Origin: Eledone cirrhosa
Taxonomy: Eukaryota
NCBI GenBank assembly: GCA_964016885.1
Contig: OZ024741.1
Coordinates: 78,616,001-78,680,000, forward strand
Reading direction: 5' to 3'
DNA: 64,000 bases
A model generated the notes under the pieces. The model saw nothing but the letters and a program-made list of their open reading frames with translations. It was not told the origin of the DNA and did not search any database. The position numbers and the translations under genes were made by a program. Every line of letters begins with the position of its first letter. Position 1 is the stretch's first letter. Shown here in pieces: positions 12,643 to 26,875 of this stretch.

Positions 12643-12694
<52 letters not shown>

Positions 12695-12723
12695 CACTAC
12701 TACTACCACCACCACCACCACCG

Positions 12724-12812
<89 letters not shown>
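12596..12812. repeat. (CCA)/(CTG)/(CTA)n trinucleotide array
   Basis: Direct reading. Confidence 0.97.
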
Positions 12813-12813
<1 letters not shown>

Positions 12814-13669
12814 GACAAATCTCCTCCAAAGCAAACTATACCGTCTTTAATACGTTGGATAATGTCAGTTCTAGATACAATATGCTGATCCGAGACTAAA
12901 AAACCAACAACAATTACCTTGAGTCAAATACTTAGGCCTCTACGTTGTAGAAATAGCAGCCAAATCTCCTTCAAATCTCACTTTATGTTGGGTAATACAG
13001 CTCTGAATACATTGTTCCTGAAAGAAAGTTGAGCAGGTCATGGTTCGAATGTCTGTGATCTAAAGTATGTTCGATCAGGAATCAAAACAAGCTCCGAGCC
13101 AGCATAGAGCCCTCAACGTAGCAGCTCAATATGCCAGTAGTAACAGACCAAATCTCCTTCAAATTTCACTTTGGAAGAAATAGTCCTGAATACAATATTT
13201 CTGATTACACGAGTCATTTACTTATTTCTGTATGCATTTGGTTTATTTCCTGACAGAGGTGTTTACTGGGTTTGTCTTATGCTCATGTAGATTAAGGGGA
13301 TAAACATAAATGGACTGTCGACGGTTCCGATAATAGATTAATTGTCTAGCTAAACATGGACCATATGTCCCTCTCAATCATCAGAGGAATAGTCTTTGGA
13401 TAAGTTCCAATAAAGTACAAAATACCTTTATATCTGTCGGGATCCGAGAGTCAGCCACATTTATAACATTTTAACTGTGGCGGCAGATACAAATAGGACT
13501 GGACGTCGTATCTGCTACAAAGAAGTGCGAAGTATTAGTCACAGTATAAGCAGTTCAACAAATTAAGAATTTGGAGCAGTTATATGCTAAGATAAAGTTT
13601 CATAACATATATAATATGTATGATTTTGATGTTTCTCAGTAGAAAAGCTCAATGGACGTTTGTCTAGAG

Positions 13670-16600
13670 CAGTGGTCGCCAACCTTTCTAAAACCGAGGA
13701 ACCCTCTAAATATTTTGAATTCTTCACGGAACCTATACAATACAAAACTTAAAAAAAAAAAAAATAAAGTATTTATTTATTTTAGTGTTTCATGCGCGTG
13801 TATGTAATCGAACACAATGGCTTTTCTGCTGTTGCGCCTCATCAGTGAGTTTAGAAAATCGAGGTTCAACACTAGTTAATGCCAGTCTCATACACTCGTC
13901 AATTGCTGACAGTTTATTCCTCTTCTTTGTGCAGATTTCCACCAACTGCGAAAACCCTTTTTCGCACAAATAGCTAGATGGGAATAAAGTCAAATACTTC
14001 AATGCAAGTTGGCTGATTTCATTAAACTCCCCAATCAAGAATAAGTCGATCCACAGTTCTTTCTTTCTGCTTTCGAATATCACTTTCAGGTCTTCGTTTG
14101 AATTCAAATCCATCAACTGATGTAAGCATTGTGCAGGTAGTAAATTTTTACAATTTCCAGCGTCATTTTCTGACACTAACTGCTCGATCTCGGTGAACGG
14201 GTTTTTTATCCATAAATTTCCGCTAACAATATCTTTTTCCATGAAATCAAAATAATCTGAAAAACCTGTGGAAAGCACATTTAAATGAGAAAGAATAATC
14301 TTCTTTAGATTGCTGGAGTCAAAATTTTCTCTCTTTTTAAGCTCTATTTCAAGGTTTGAAAGTAATTGTCCGATTCAATTCTTTTTATAAAGATGTTTAA
14401 TTTTGATTGAAAATATGTAATAAAATTGATTGAAGTAAAAATATCTGCATTGTTACCCTGAAGACACTTATTTAGTTTGTTCAGTTCACCAAAAATGTCT
14501 ACTAAATAAGCGAGTTGCACATTCCATTCATTGGTTTCTAATACACTTGCTCTTTCATCATTCTGTTTTTTTAGAAAAACTATTATTTCTTCTCTCAGTT
14601 CAAAAACTCTCTTCATAGCATCCCCAAAAGACATCCAACGCACATCATTGTTCAATAACAATCTATTATAATTACTTCCAGAAGATTCACAAATAGATTC
14701 AAACATTCTAGAATTTTTTGCTCTTGCATGGATCAAATTGAAAATTTTGACAATGTCTTTCAGCTGGTCATTTAATATTTGAGCATCTCTGTCTTTGAAT
14801 TTTTTTTAACACAAAACCTCTCGATGAATCATACAATGATTTGAAATACAATTTGGGGTCTGTTCTTTAATTTTTGCAATCAAACCAGAATGTTTACCAG
14901 TCATTGCAGCTGCTCCATCTGTTGTTATTGAAGTCAACTTGCTCCAAGATACACCATTAAAAAAAAAATACTCTTCAATTTTATTGAATATATCTTGACC
15001 TTTAGTTGTGATGTCTAATGCCAGACAAAACAAATACTCTTCTACTAATTCTTTTTAATAAGGTCTACAAACCGTACATAGCAAATTAATTGAGCCTTGT
15101 TATTAATATCCGTAGTTTCGTCCACTTGCAGACCAAAACATGGGCTTTTCTTTAGTGCAGTTAGTATCTGATTGGCTATATCAGAAGAAATATCAATTAT
15201 CCCTCTTTTTACGGTATTTGTTGACAATGGTAACTGGCTTAATTTTTCTTTGTCCTTAATACTGCAGCTTTCAAAAAGATTCTCTGTAGCAATTTTTATA
15301 CTTGGCAGAATTAACTGTTCTCCTAATGTAAATGGTTTCTTGTTTTTACCAATCAAATGTGAAATCTCAAAAGATGTTCTTGTTAAAGCTTTATTTCTAT
15401 CTGACTTTCTACAAAACAAGTCATACATATTAGCTTGTGATTTTTTTATGTTGTTTTTCAGCGAAGTAAAGTATTCCAGTGACTTGTTTTTATCATTGGT
15501 GTATCAATGTGTCTTTTAAGTTTAGCAGGATTTAAACAGCTATTTGATAGAACTTTTGAACATGGCAAACACATGGGCTGATCTGGTGTATCTTTTTTAG
15601 TGTCAGCAGCCTTTTGAAATCCATATCTAACATAATCATCACACCACTGTCTAACCTTACTGCTGGTATCTAACTTCAGCTTCTTTGCAGTAGACATCAT
15701 ATCAATGTTATTTATCTACAGTTAACATTTTTAATATGACATTAATAAACAAGAGAAATTAACAGTTTTTTTAATTACAAAAAGTACTTAAATTAAATTT
15801 AATTTTAGATATTTGGAAAAACTTAACTAGTTAAAAAAAAATTTTAATTTTTAAAAATTGAAATTTCTCCATTTTAGGATGGCAAACATATTATTTAAAG
15901 TCTTATAATAATATTAAAATATTAAGGGTTACTGAAAAAGGTGCAAATTTATGAACAACTAGAAGACATTTTTTTCAGAGTCCAGCACTTCCTGCATATA
16001 CTACTTTAGGGTCGTATTAAATATTATTGGTAATGTAAATATATTTAAATATCTGCAAAAAATGCAAATCAGCTGATAGTGTAGATGTGACGATGGTATT
16101 GGAAATTAATTCAGATATCTTCTATCTATTTTGACTCAAAGTTAGATATAATATAAGAAGGCTTTAGGCTGCGTTAAACATATATTAGATTGGAACCAAT
16201 AAAGTTTAGTCAAATGTTTGTGGACATATATATTTATTGTATAAAGTAATTTCTCAATTGTGGATGCAGATGTCATCAAATGAATACATAATTGTGTGGC
16301 AAAGTTTATAGTGTATGCATGGAATACAAAATTACCTTTGTTAGTAGTCGAAACTTTACAGGCGTTATATTTTCTGTGCAAATTACAACAGAATGTAACG
16401 TGTTCTTATTTAGAATTGTCTGTGGAACTGGATGCATATTGAAAACGACTAGTAAGCGAGTTCACTCAGTGAGGAAACTTTAGACGACTTTAAAGCTTTT
16501 GTGAGGGCAGCAGATTAAAACGTGTTCTCTATTGAAAACATTCTACTGAACTTACGTTGTGAGAACAGCGAACTGACCCTGTCTCTTGGCTGAGAGACCT

Positions 16601-17031
16601 CGCTGAACTGAAGTTTTCAGTTTAAAGTTATGCTGTCATCGACCAACATTTACTTGTTCGTGATTGGTCAATTTCTAAGTTCAATTAGTGTATTATCAGT
16701 AGTAGTCAAATTCTCCGAATTCAGAAAACTATGTCTTTCCAAGAATTGATGTGAAATTGAAAGTATTCAATTTCCACGAATCTCAGAACAGTGTTTTTCT
16801 GCTAATTCAAGTGAGATACTGAAAGTAGTGTTTTCCACGAATTGGAGTGGAGAACCTGTGTACACTACAATAGTACTTGTTCATTTATACATTGCACTTT
16901 TGGCATTTTCTTTGCACCTTTTCAGAAAACCCAAAATATTAATGGTAATGTAAATATTTATTTTTTTAAGGAACCCAGAGTTTGTTTTACGGAACCCCAA
17001 GGTTCCGCGGAACCCATGTTGGCGACCACTG
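13670..17031 (-). mobile_element. Complete hAT (Buster/Charlie) DNA transposon, 3362 bp
   Basis: Perfect 14-bp TIRs CAGTGGTCGCCAAC / GTTGGCGACCACTG; exact 8-bp TSD GTCTAGAG (13662-13669, 17032-17039) with central TA. Confidence 0.95.
13790..15700 (-). pseudogene. Frameshifted Buster-type hAT transposase (ZBED5/ZBED8-like)
   Basis: Five consecutive ORF pieces: BED finger (PMCLPC..LKRH), QVDETTD, ITTDGAAAMTG, HCMIHRE, VRWMS, FPSSYLCEKGFS. Confidence 0.92.
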
Positions 17032-17063
17032 GTCTAGAGCATCAATAGTTCAAATTAAAAGAT

Positions 17064-17433
<370 letters not shown>

Positions 17434-18040
17434 TCAGGTCACCAGTTGGTGCTACTGGTAACATGTATCCCAGTACAGCATGTCTCATGGTCGGGTCGTT
17501 GACGACTAAACTGGCAACCCCACCAAGGTTTCTTGGTGAGGAGGGTGACTTTGGACATCCTGCAGGACTAAAAACAAAACCTGTCAAAGGGCAAAGGAGC
17601 TCTTAAGAGTCAATGGCCATCCAAAATCACCGGGAGAGATGACCCCTTAGCCTTTGTCAAGGCAGAATTTTAGGAGAAGAAAAACTCTGATATAACACCA
17701 GCAACTCTGATAGTATCCAATGATGTTGACTTGTTCTTCTTTTTGGTAAATATCATCTTGGTTAAGAGAGTGGGACTGGCTTTGTGCAGTGCCTTTGCTC
17801 ATTATAAAAGCTTCACGGCACAGGCTTTTCTTTATATCTGGAGATCTCTCTGCACTTGTCGTCACATGGTACCATGGGCCCAGCACTATGTGTCAATAAT
17901 TGTCACAAGTGTAGTGTTTGTACCAGAGTTTTCAAGTCGCTGGCTGGACTAAAAAGTCACACTCGTTCAGCGCATCGGTAGGGGTTCTCCTACATGGATA
18001 TAAAGTAGTTGCCGTACTCGAAAACGAGTTGGCAGCCACC
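17434..18040 (+). mobile_element. Non-coding RTE-derived element, copy 2
   Basis: Colinear with 388-991, same termini, again in (TATG)n. Confidence 0.7.
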
Positions 18041-18127
18041 ATATATGCATGCATGTATATATGTATGTATGTATGCTTGCATGCATGTATATATCTGTAT
18101 ATATATTCTATACAAAATCAGTAGAAT

Positions 18128-18182
<55 letters not shown>

Positions 18183-18831
18183 TATATATACATATGTGTG
18201 TGTGTGTGTGTGTATCAGTGGCACATGATGTTGTCAGAAGGTGTGCTCTGTGCTACTTTGAGCATAATATTTTAGCGAAAGTACCACTCACAAATGAACA
18301 CATACTTTAACCTACTTTATATAATGCGGATTGCAAATTGCAAATGATATGAATTGTGATGCATAAATAAACTAAATTTCTATTATTCTATAACTGCATA
18401 CATTGCATAAATTGCAAAATATGAGTTTTTATCTTCTGCATAAATCTTGACTTATGCATAACTTGCCATATGCATACATTTAAAAATAAAAACATCAGAT
18501 AATTTTGCTTATTTAATTTAATTCTATACCAGTTCTAGTCTTTCTTTTTGAGAATTAAAATGTTCTATGATCTCATCGCACACGGAGCTTTTTGCTTCAA
18601 TTGCATCAGTAGACTATTCTTTCGATGGAGAGTAAACTGAGGATCTTAGTCTTTTATGACATTGTGATACACGGAAGCAAGAAATTATTTGTTTCAGGCC
18701 GAAAATGTGCTTTCTATCGAAGCAGTATTTAGTGGGTGCATTGAAAATTAACTCACCAATCCTAAATACCTTTTTTGGAACCTCATGTGAAATTTATTCT
18801 ATGATCAATGAAATACGATTTTGTATTACAG

Positions 18832-18958
18832 GGTACACGGCTTAGTGGTTATGATGTTGGACTCACGCTCGTAACGTCATGGTTTTAATTCCCGTATCTG
18901 GCGATGCGCTGTGCTCTTGAGCAAGCCATACCATTTCACGTTGCTCTTGATCACTCTG
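18832..18958 (+). mobile_element. Diverged CORE-like SINE
   Basis: GGCTTAGTGGTTA head; GTGCTCTTGAGCAAGCC..ATTTCACGTTGCTC core. Confidence 0.55.
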
Positions 18959-19687
18959 ATGGAAAAAAAATAGAACCAGCAACAGTTGGTATCCCGTCAA
19001 GTGGAGCGCCTTGTACTCTCAGTCACGTAATGAAACTAGGATAATCTCTGATTTTGGGACAGAGTTTAACAAAAATGAAATATGATTTCATTTCATATGA
19101 GAAAAATACTGTACCATATGAACGAAATGCGATATTCGATAATATACCATACATATACTATATCTTATAGATATAATTAGAAAAATCAACAACAACAAAA
19201 AGCTATTAAACAAAACAAAAAAAAGAAATGGTAATTACTTGTGATTGTAATTAATCAATTAATTCTCAAATCTCTGCGAACAAAGGATTGAGTTAATCAG
19301 GATTTAATAAATATAGTAAAGCCTTATATTTGTGGATTAGCAACGAACGTAAATAACCACACGAAATGTAATGCCTCTAACAACTGGTGATAGTGTGGTA
19401 ACAGAAGTAGCGATGGTGGTGGTGGAGATAATGGTAGTGGAGGTAACGGTAGTGATGGTGACGTAGTAGTGATAAGATACTGGTGGTGGTTATAGTGTTG
19501 CTTGTGACGTTGGTGGTAACGATGCTGGCGATGGTGGTGATATGGTGGGGGTTTATGGTAGTGATGGGGTTATTGTTGATGGTGGTAATGATGGGGGATC
19601 GTAGGAGTAATGTGTTAATAATCGTGTTAGAGGTGATGGTCTTGACGAGTGTGTATGTGATGATGGTGATAGAGATTATTATTATTC

Positions 19688-19872
19688 GTTAGAGCGTCGG
19701 CCAACACGCTTTGCAGTTCACAATTACGGCCCTTTACGTTCTGAGTTTACATCCCGCCCAGGTGAGCTTCCTTACAGCATCGATAAAATAAAGTGCCAGT
19801 AACAGATTAGGATCGATTTAATCAACTATCCCTTCACTTTGAAATGGTTGGCCTTATGCCAATATGTTGGAA
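19688..19872 (+). mobile_element. Diverged SINE (Meta-like core family)
   Basis: TTTACGTTCTGAGTT..CCCGCC..TCGATAAAATAAAGTGCCAG. Confidence 0.6.
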
Positions 19873-20069
19873 CAATTAAATAAAGAAACCATTATTTCTG
19901 GTGGTAAATTGTAGTTGCCATAAATGATAGTTGTAATGTTGGATGGTTTGATGGCGTTTACGGACATAGAAGCATTCTGTGTTCTCAAGGAAATAGGCAA
20001 ACATTTTGCTTTGAAATGTTAACATATACATATAAATATATGTATGTGTATATATATATATATATATAT

Positions 20070-20723
<654 letters not shown>

Positions 20724-20988
20724 CACGGGTGTGTATGATTGTGTATAGAAGATTATATTAATAAGAGGAATTCCAACTTTGTCTGATTTACTCGTTTTAT
20801 TTACAATCCTTTAAAATTTATAATGGTATTATAATGAAATAGTATGATAGAATATTAAATGTTAAGTGTTAATTGAACAAGTACTTTCATGCTTTCGCAA
20901 TCTTCAGGTTCATAATGTGTGGTGACAGTCAAGTTTGCAATTTTCAACAGTTGAAAATTGCAAACTTGACTGTATATATATATATATA

Positions 20989-21472
20989 AAAGAAGTTAAT
21001 ATGCCCACAGGGACTAAGTACCCCTGGAAATATATAGGTTGTCTATGATACAAGGGTTGTTCTATGGTATTAATTTGACATACCAGAACTATAATGTTGG
21101 GATAAGCAGAACAAGCAAAATTCAAACAATTTTTAAAAATAAATTAAAAAATATAATTTAAATATTTACCTATTCCAATTGCTTTTACCGATCGGTTTCA
21201 CTTCACAAAAGATTGGAGATCCATAGGGACTTCCAATGGAAAAGTTTAGATCATCAGAAAGCATTTTCCTTTCCTAGGACTAAAAGTCCCAGGAACGGCA
21301 AAATATATTGCCATCTGCCAGCTAGCACAGGATTTTGGAAGTCCCTATGGATCTCCAATCTTTTGTGAAGTGAAACCGATCGGTAAAAGCAATTGGAATA
21401 GGTAAATATTTAAATTATATTTTTTAATTTATTTTAAAAAATTGTTTGAATTTTGCTTGTTCTGCTTATTTC
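20989..21472 (-). mobile_element. Fold-back PLE pLTR remnant in (TA)n
   Basis: Inverted arms 21102-21236 / 21335-21469 plus a one-sided tail of about 110 bp; hammerhead inside. Confidence 0.75.
21180..21263 (-). ncRNA. Type I hammerhead ribozyme with long stem II
   Basis: tgcttt CTGATGA tct...ttgga..tccaa...agt GAAA ccg at cgg TA aaagca. Confidence 0.75.
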
Positions 21473-21475
21473 AAT

Positions 21476-21849
<374 letters not shown>

Positions 21850-21859
21850 AACCAGTAAG

Positions 21860-21953
21860 ACCCCGACAGCTGAGCTCAAGCCGTTTCGACGGCTAATTCT
21901 GGACTAAATGAAAATTTATCCTGGTATTTAAATAGCCGATCTTCTCAAGGGGT
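21860..21953 (-). ncRNA. Hammerhead ribozyme in the inverted pLTR copy
   Basis: Reverse complement of the motif at 22278-22371. Confidence 0.75.
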
Positions 21954-22277
21954 AATTCCATATATGGTCAAAGTGATTGTCAAAAATCAGTAGTAATTCT
22001 GTGCTTGCAAATTAGTAGGGGAGATGGTGGCTAAACCTGCCAGTAGGAGAAAGAGGGGAGGGGGTGGAGTAGACCCAATCAAGCGTTGGTAGTGCCAGCT
22101 ACAGCTGGGCATGAGGTCAAAGAAGATACAGGGGAGGGGGAGGGGGAGGAAGTCGGAACGGTAGGTAGAACAATGGGGGGTAGAAATAGGAAAGAAAAAA
22201 TACTGAGAGTGAAGAAAAGCAAATAAGTACAGAATTACTACTGATTTTTGACAATCACTTTGACCATATATGGAATT

Positions 22278-22371
22278 ACCCCTTGAGAAGATCGGCTATT
22301 TAAATACCAGGATAAATTTTCATTTAGTCCAGAATTAGCCGTCGAAACGGCTTGAGCTCAGCTGTCGGGGT
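22278..22371 (+). ncRNA. Type I hammerhead ribozyme, U3-A8 variant with large stem II loop (5' pLTR)
   Basis: acccc TTGAGAA gatcggcta [37 nt] tagccgtc GAAA cggct tgagctc agctg TC ggggt. Confidence 0.8.
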
Positions 22372-22556
22372 CTTACTGGTTCCTATTACCCACTCTACTA
22401 CCTCAAGTATTGAGTACTTTGGTGCGTTATGGTCCACCTGGTTCCTTACCACATTTCCTTCGTTATCTAGCTCCTACTCCCGTAGTAGAGCACTTTCCGA
22501 CCCTACCACGCCGTATCCAGACTTTTCCGCTAAGCTCAATTCATTTCACCCGCACC

Positions 22557-24728
22557 ATGCGAAAACACAACATTGACTTCTCTACCAAGAACATCCCAAT
22601 CCCACCAAAAAAACTTTACCTTCGGATGCTCATGCAAAAAATTGATCTATTTGCGAAAAGACTTAGATGGAGAACTTTTTTCTATGACAGATATTGCGAC
22701 AACCAAGACTTCGGCACCAAGGAGAGATTCGGATTTATTACCTACAAATCTCCGCCCCTGAACCCCTTGATCGCACCCTTCGAGAATGACCTCTTCCAAC
22801 TGGTCAAGAACATTAAATTTAAACCCAGACACAACCGATTCCTACAAAAACTCCGTAGCAACTTAACAGAGTATGATAACACAAATGACATCATGGTGCA
22901 TTCGGATAAAACTGGGAACCTATACTTTGTCAACCCTGACAGATACCACACACTGATCAGGAGCAGCCTAAACTCCACCTATAAAAAGGCCAACCACTCT
23001 TGTATCGAGGACATAAATCGAGATGGACAACAAATCACCTCCAGCCTCGGGGTCGCCGACCGCACGGAACCTCTAGACCCACGGACACCATACTTCACAC
23101 TGAAGGACCATAAATCCGATTTTGACCGTAAACCCTCCATCAGGCTTATTAACCCAACGAAGTCCGACATAGGGAGAATCAGCAAAAAAATCCTAGACCG
23201 CGTGATACCAAAAGTCAAGCAACACACCCGACTTAGCCTATGGATCAACACCCAGGAAGTAATCTCCTGGTTCAGCAATATGGAGGATAAACGAGAAACT
23301 AAATTCATACAGTTCGACTTAGAGAGCTACTATGCTTCAATCACCTTACCGCTACTTACTGCCGCCTTGGACTTCGCCGAAACACTCGTGCCCATCACCG
23401 ACCAGGAAAGAAAAATCATCCTCCACGCCAGGAAGACAGTCTTACTCTTTGACAACTCTAAATGGATAAAAAGAGCTCCCGACTCACCCTTCGACGTCAG
23501 CATGGGCGCCACGGATTCGGCGGAGGTCACTGATCTTATAGGATTATTCCTAATAGCCAAACTCACTGATATGTTTCCTGCATTCGGTGGTGGATTGTAC
23601 CGTGATGATGGGCTCCTTACCCTTAAAGGGTACAACCCCAGTAGTACAGATCGGGTCCGGAAACAATTAATCAGATTCTTCCGCGACTGGGGATTTAAAA
23701 TAACCCTACAAACGTCCCTGACCCGAGTAAACTTCCTGGACGTAACCCTCGACCTCGAAAACGACCTGTACTACCCATACAGGAAACCTAATGACAATCT
23801 GCACTACATCCACCGCCGATCAAACCATCCTAGGAACATCACAAACAACCTGGTCAAAAACATCTCCCTCCGCATATCCCGTTTGTCAGCTAATGAGCGG
23901 ATATTCGATGAACATGCGCCTTATTACAATCAGGCCCTCAAGCGGAGTGGTTTCCGGGAGGAAATATCCTACTGTCCAGCTCCCATTAGCGGAACCAGCA
24001 GGAGACACCGCCGCTCACGCAATGTAACATGGTTCAATCCTCCCCACAACGCAGAGGTGACTACTCCCATCGGGAAACTATTCTTTAGGCTCATTGAAAA
24101 ACACTTCCCATTACAACACCGCTACCACAACATAATTAACAAAAATACCATCAAACTCTCTTACAGCACTACACCAAACTTCGCACAAAACATCGTCTCC
24201 TCTAACAACAAAAAACTCAACCCCGATGGCAGAAATAACCTAATTAGCAGTGGAGAACCGACCAGGAGGTGTAACTGCCCGGATAGATCTATTTGCCCAC
24301 TCGACAATAGATGCAGAGACCGTAATGTGATCTACCAGTGCAACGTGAGGACGGATACCTCCAACAAAGCCTATATAGGACTTACCGCATGTGACTTCAA
24401 GACCCGGCTATACCAACATAGACATACCTTCCGAAACCCGGCCCGGCATCACGCCACTACACTTTCGGGCCACATATGGGACCTCAAGGACAACAACATC
24501 ACCTATGATCTCACTTGGAGATTACTGTCCAGAGCCAATTCTTACACGGGAGGACGCCGTCCGTGCAATTTATGCTCGGAGGAAACTTTACAAATGCTGT
24601 TTTCGACGGACCAACTCCTAAACAAGAAAGATGAACTGGTTACTGCATGTAAACATAGATTGCGTAGGACTTACCTCGCCCTCAAACCCCATAATGACCC
24701 GGGGGGGGGGGGGGGGGGGGTAGACTAG
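22557..24728 (+). CDS. PLE reverse transcriptase + GIY-YIG endonuclease, 723 aa, uninterrupted
   Basis: First ATG at 22557; FSTKNIP, DKTGN, QFDLESYYASI, VSMGA, YRDDG, NFLDV, CNCPDRSICPLDNRC, VIYQC..AYIGLT..FKTRLYQH, CNLC, CKH. Confidence 0.92.
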   Translation: MRKHNIDFSTKNIPIPPKKLYLRMLMQKIDLFAKRLRWRTFFYDRYCDNQDFGTKERFGFITYKSPPLNPLIAPFENDLFQLVKNIKFKPRHNRFLQKLRSNLTEYDNTNDIMVHSDKTGNLYFVNPDRYHTLIRSSLNSTYKKANHSCIEDINRDGQQITSSLGVADRTEPLDPRTPYFTLKDHKSDFDRKPSIRLINPTKSDIGRISKKILDRVIPKVKQHTRLSLWINTQEVISWFSNMEDKRETKFIQFDLESYYASITLPLLTAALDFAETLVPITDQERKIILHARKTVLLFDNSKWIKRAPDSPFDVSMGATDSAEVTDLIGLFLIAKLTDMFPAFGGGLYRDDGLLTLKGYNPSSTDRVRKQLIRFFRDWGFKITLQTSLTRVNFLDVTLDLENDLYYPYRKPNDNLHYIHRRSNHPRNITNNLVKNISLRISRLSANERIFDEHAPYYNQALKRSGFREEISYCPAPISGTSRRHRRSRNVTWFNPPHNAEVTTPIGKLFFRLIEKHFPLQHRYHNIINKNTIKLSYSTTPNFAQNIVSSNNKKLNPDGRNNLISSGEPTRRCNCPDRSICPLDNRCRDRNVIYQCNVRTDTSNKAYIGLTACDFKTRLYQHRHTFRNPARHHATTLSGHIWDLKDNNITYDLTWRLLSRANSYTGGRRPCNLCSEETLQMLFSTDQLLNKKDELVTACKHRLRRTYLALKPHNDPGGGGGGVD

Positions 24729-25826
24729 GGCTATAACACCCCAGTTGCCGATTTTGCAATGGGTAACCCCTGCTTGCCAAGGAAGACGTAAGATCTTCTT
24801 TGTATTCTTTTATCGCTTCCTTTATTTCCTTCCCCCCTCTCTCCTTTGTCCTTCTACCCCAGCTCTTCTCCTTTGTCGGCGTCTTTTCTCGCCCACCCGA
24901 GGCTGCCCTTTGGCCCCATGTAGCCTTAGTACCCCCCCCCTCCCCTAGTCTTTGATAGATTTGGCGGACTCCGCCCTTTATAGCAGTTGGCTTAGACCCC
25001 GGATACTTTCCCCCTTTTTCCGACCGCTCCCACTATTCTCTGTGCCCTCTATATTTCTTAGTGGCACTTATGCCTTATTTTTTCGTTTCAGTATTTCTTG
25101 CTTCGCTTTTCTTCTGGGCGGGGTGGATTCTGAATTTATTTCTCCGTATTCTACCTTTATTTCGTACGAACTTTCATGTAGCTTGTTTTAGATCTTTTAG
25201 AGTTAGCATTAGTATATATTTTTCTCGGGACTCAGAATTATTATCTCGTACAAGTTCACTTTGCTGCACTGGGTCGTTGCTGGCCCGGGATGGAAACCTT
25301 TATTGTTTATTTCGTGGTAGTCTCTTTAGTATTTTGGCCCCTTTTGTTGACCCGTCACCGTATCATTTACGTACTTATACCTCTTAAAAGGGTCCTTGCC
25401 TTATCCGCCCCACCTAGTTCTCTTACTTATTTCCTTATTTATTTATTTATTTATTTATTTACTTCTTTCTTTCTTTCTTTATTTTATTCTCGCCTAACAA
25501 TAGCCTGACACCTAGGTCGTTGAATTTAATTTATTTTACTTTTTTCTTTACACTTATTTGCTTTTCTTCACTCTCAGTATTTTTTCTTTCCTATTTCTAC
25601 CCCCCATTGTTCTACCTACCGTTCCGACTTCCTCCCCCTCTCCCTCCCCTGTATCTTCTTTGACTTCATGCCCAGCTGTAGCTGGCACTACCAACGCTTG
25701 ATTGGGTCTACTCCACCCCCTCCCCTCTTTCTCCTACTGGCAGGTTTAGCCACCATCTCCCCTACTAATTTGCAAGCACAGAATTACTACTGATTTTTGA
25801 CAATCACTTTGACCATATATGGAATT

Positions 25827-25920
25827 ACCCCTTGAGAAGATCGGCTATTTAAATACCAGGATAAATTTTCATTTAGTCCAGAATTAGCCGTCGAAACGGC
25901 TTGAGCTCAGCTGTCGGGGT
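25827..25920 (+). ncRNA. Type I hammerhead ribozyme, U3-A8 variant (3' pLTR)
   Basis: Identical to 22278-22371. Confidence 0.8.
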
Positions 25921-26011
25921 CTTACTGGTTCCTATTACCCACTCTACTACCTCAAGTATTGAGTACTTTGGTGCGTTATGGTCCACCTGGTTCCTTACCA
26001 CATTTCCTTCG

Positions 26012-26078
<67 letters not shown>

Positions 26079-26199
26079 ATACATTAACAGAGAAAGCTTT
26101 AAGCAATACTCCGACCGGCTTCCGTCTCACTCAACAAACATTAGGATATACCTTAGTATAATCCCAATTATACGTTTGGGGTGCTAACTAGACGTATTT

Positions 26200-26231
<32 letters not shown>

Positions 26232-26841
26232 GAGAGAGAAATAAAGAAAGGGAGAGAGTAATGGGAGAGGGAGAGAAAGAGTTGATTCAAATAATCATTT
26301 TATGTCGCTGTTTATCTCCAGTTGGGCTCTGAACAAACAATATTGCTGAGATAAATTACCTAAGAGAGTGTTCCAGCTGCGATCATGCTGTCTTTGTTTT
26401 CTCGACTATATTATCAAAAGTGTCCTCTTCTTTTTAAGTCACTAGACTGAGATGTGAAGGAGAATTGGTAACTATATCTAGCAGATATAGCAGATACCTC
26501 ATGCTGACTCCGTCGTTGTCTCCAATATTCTCTTCTAATATATCAATGGCTTAATTATGTAAACATTAGTCATTGTTTCCAAATGTTTCGCATGACAAAA
26601 AACCTAGAAGATTATGTATTAAATGTGAAAGAATTAAATTACGGAAATATCATTTTAGTATTATATTCTATAATGAGATGATTATTATTAAATAAAGTAA
26701 CCATTATATGTTATAAGGAAATCATTATTATCAAAGATAGAATTCATTATATGTTATAAGGTATCAAGAAATTTCGTTGTACTAACGTATTGAGTACCTC
26801 TTTGAACTGTGGTCACCCCCGATATACATCAGGAATCCACC

Positions 26842-26869
<28 letters not shown>

Positions 26870-26875
<6 letters not shown>

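Larger units (their letters stand above)
21848..26013 (+). mobile_element. Full-length Penelope-like retroelement (probable Naiad clade) with inverted and direct pLTR copies
   Basis: 21848-22228 is the reverse complement of 25552-25932; 22229-22463 is a direct copy of 25778-26012; both ends lie in (TA)n; intact ORF. Confidence 0.92.

Noticed and set aside
12548-12899. Poly-Thr/Ala mucin-like ORF
   Set aside because: A pure trinucleotide array with several frames open; no other coding signal.
12812-13205. Three spaced CAAATCTCCTYCAAA units as a novel array
   Set aside because: Diverged fragments of an old dispersed repeat, also seen inverted near 35935.
13312-13390. CTGATGA...GGAA CCGTCGACAG TC on the minus strand
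   Set aside because: GAAA is altered and stem I does not pair; at best a heavily decayed hammerhead.
22410-22556. N-terminal extension of the PLE ORF from a TTG start
   Set aside because: It begins in pLTR sequence; the first ATG (22557) directly precedes the conserved FSTKNIP motif.
22557-24728. Selenoprotein-type Naiad
   Set aside because: No in-frame TGA; the Cys positions are ordinary Cys codons.
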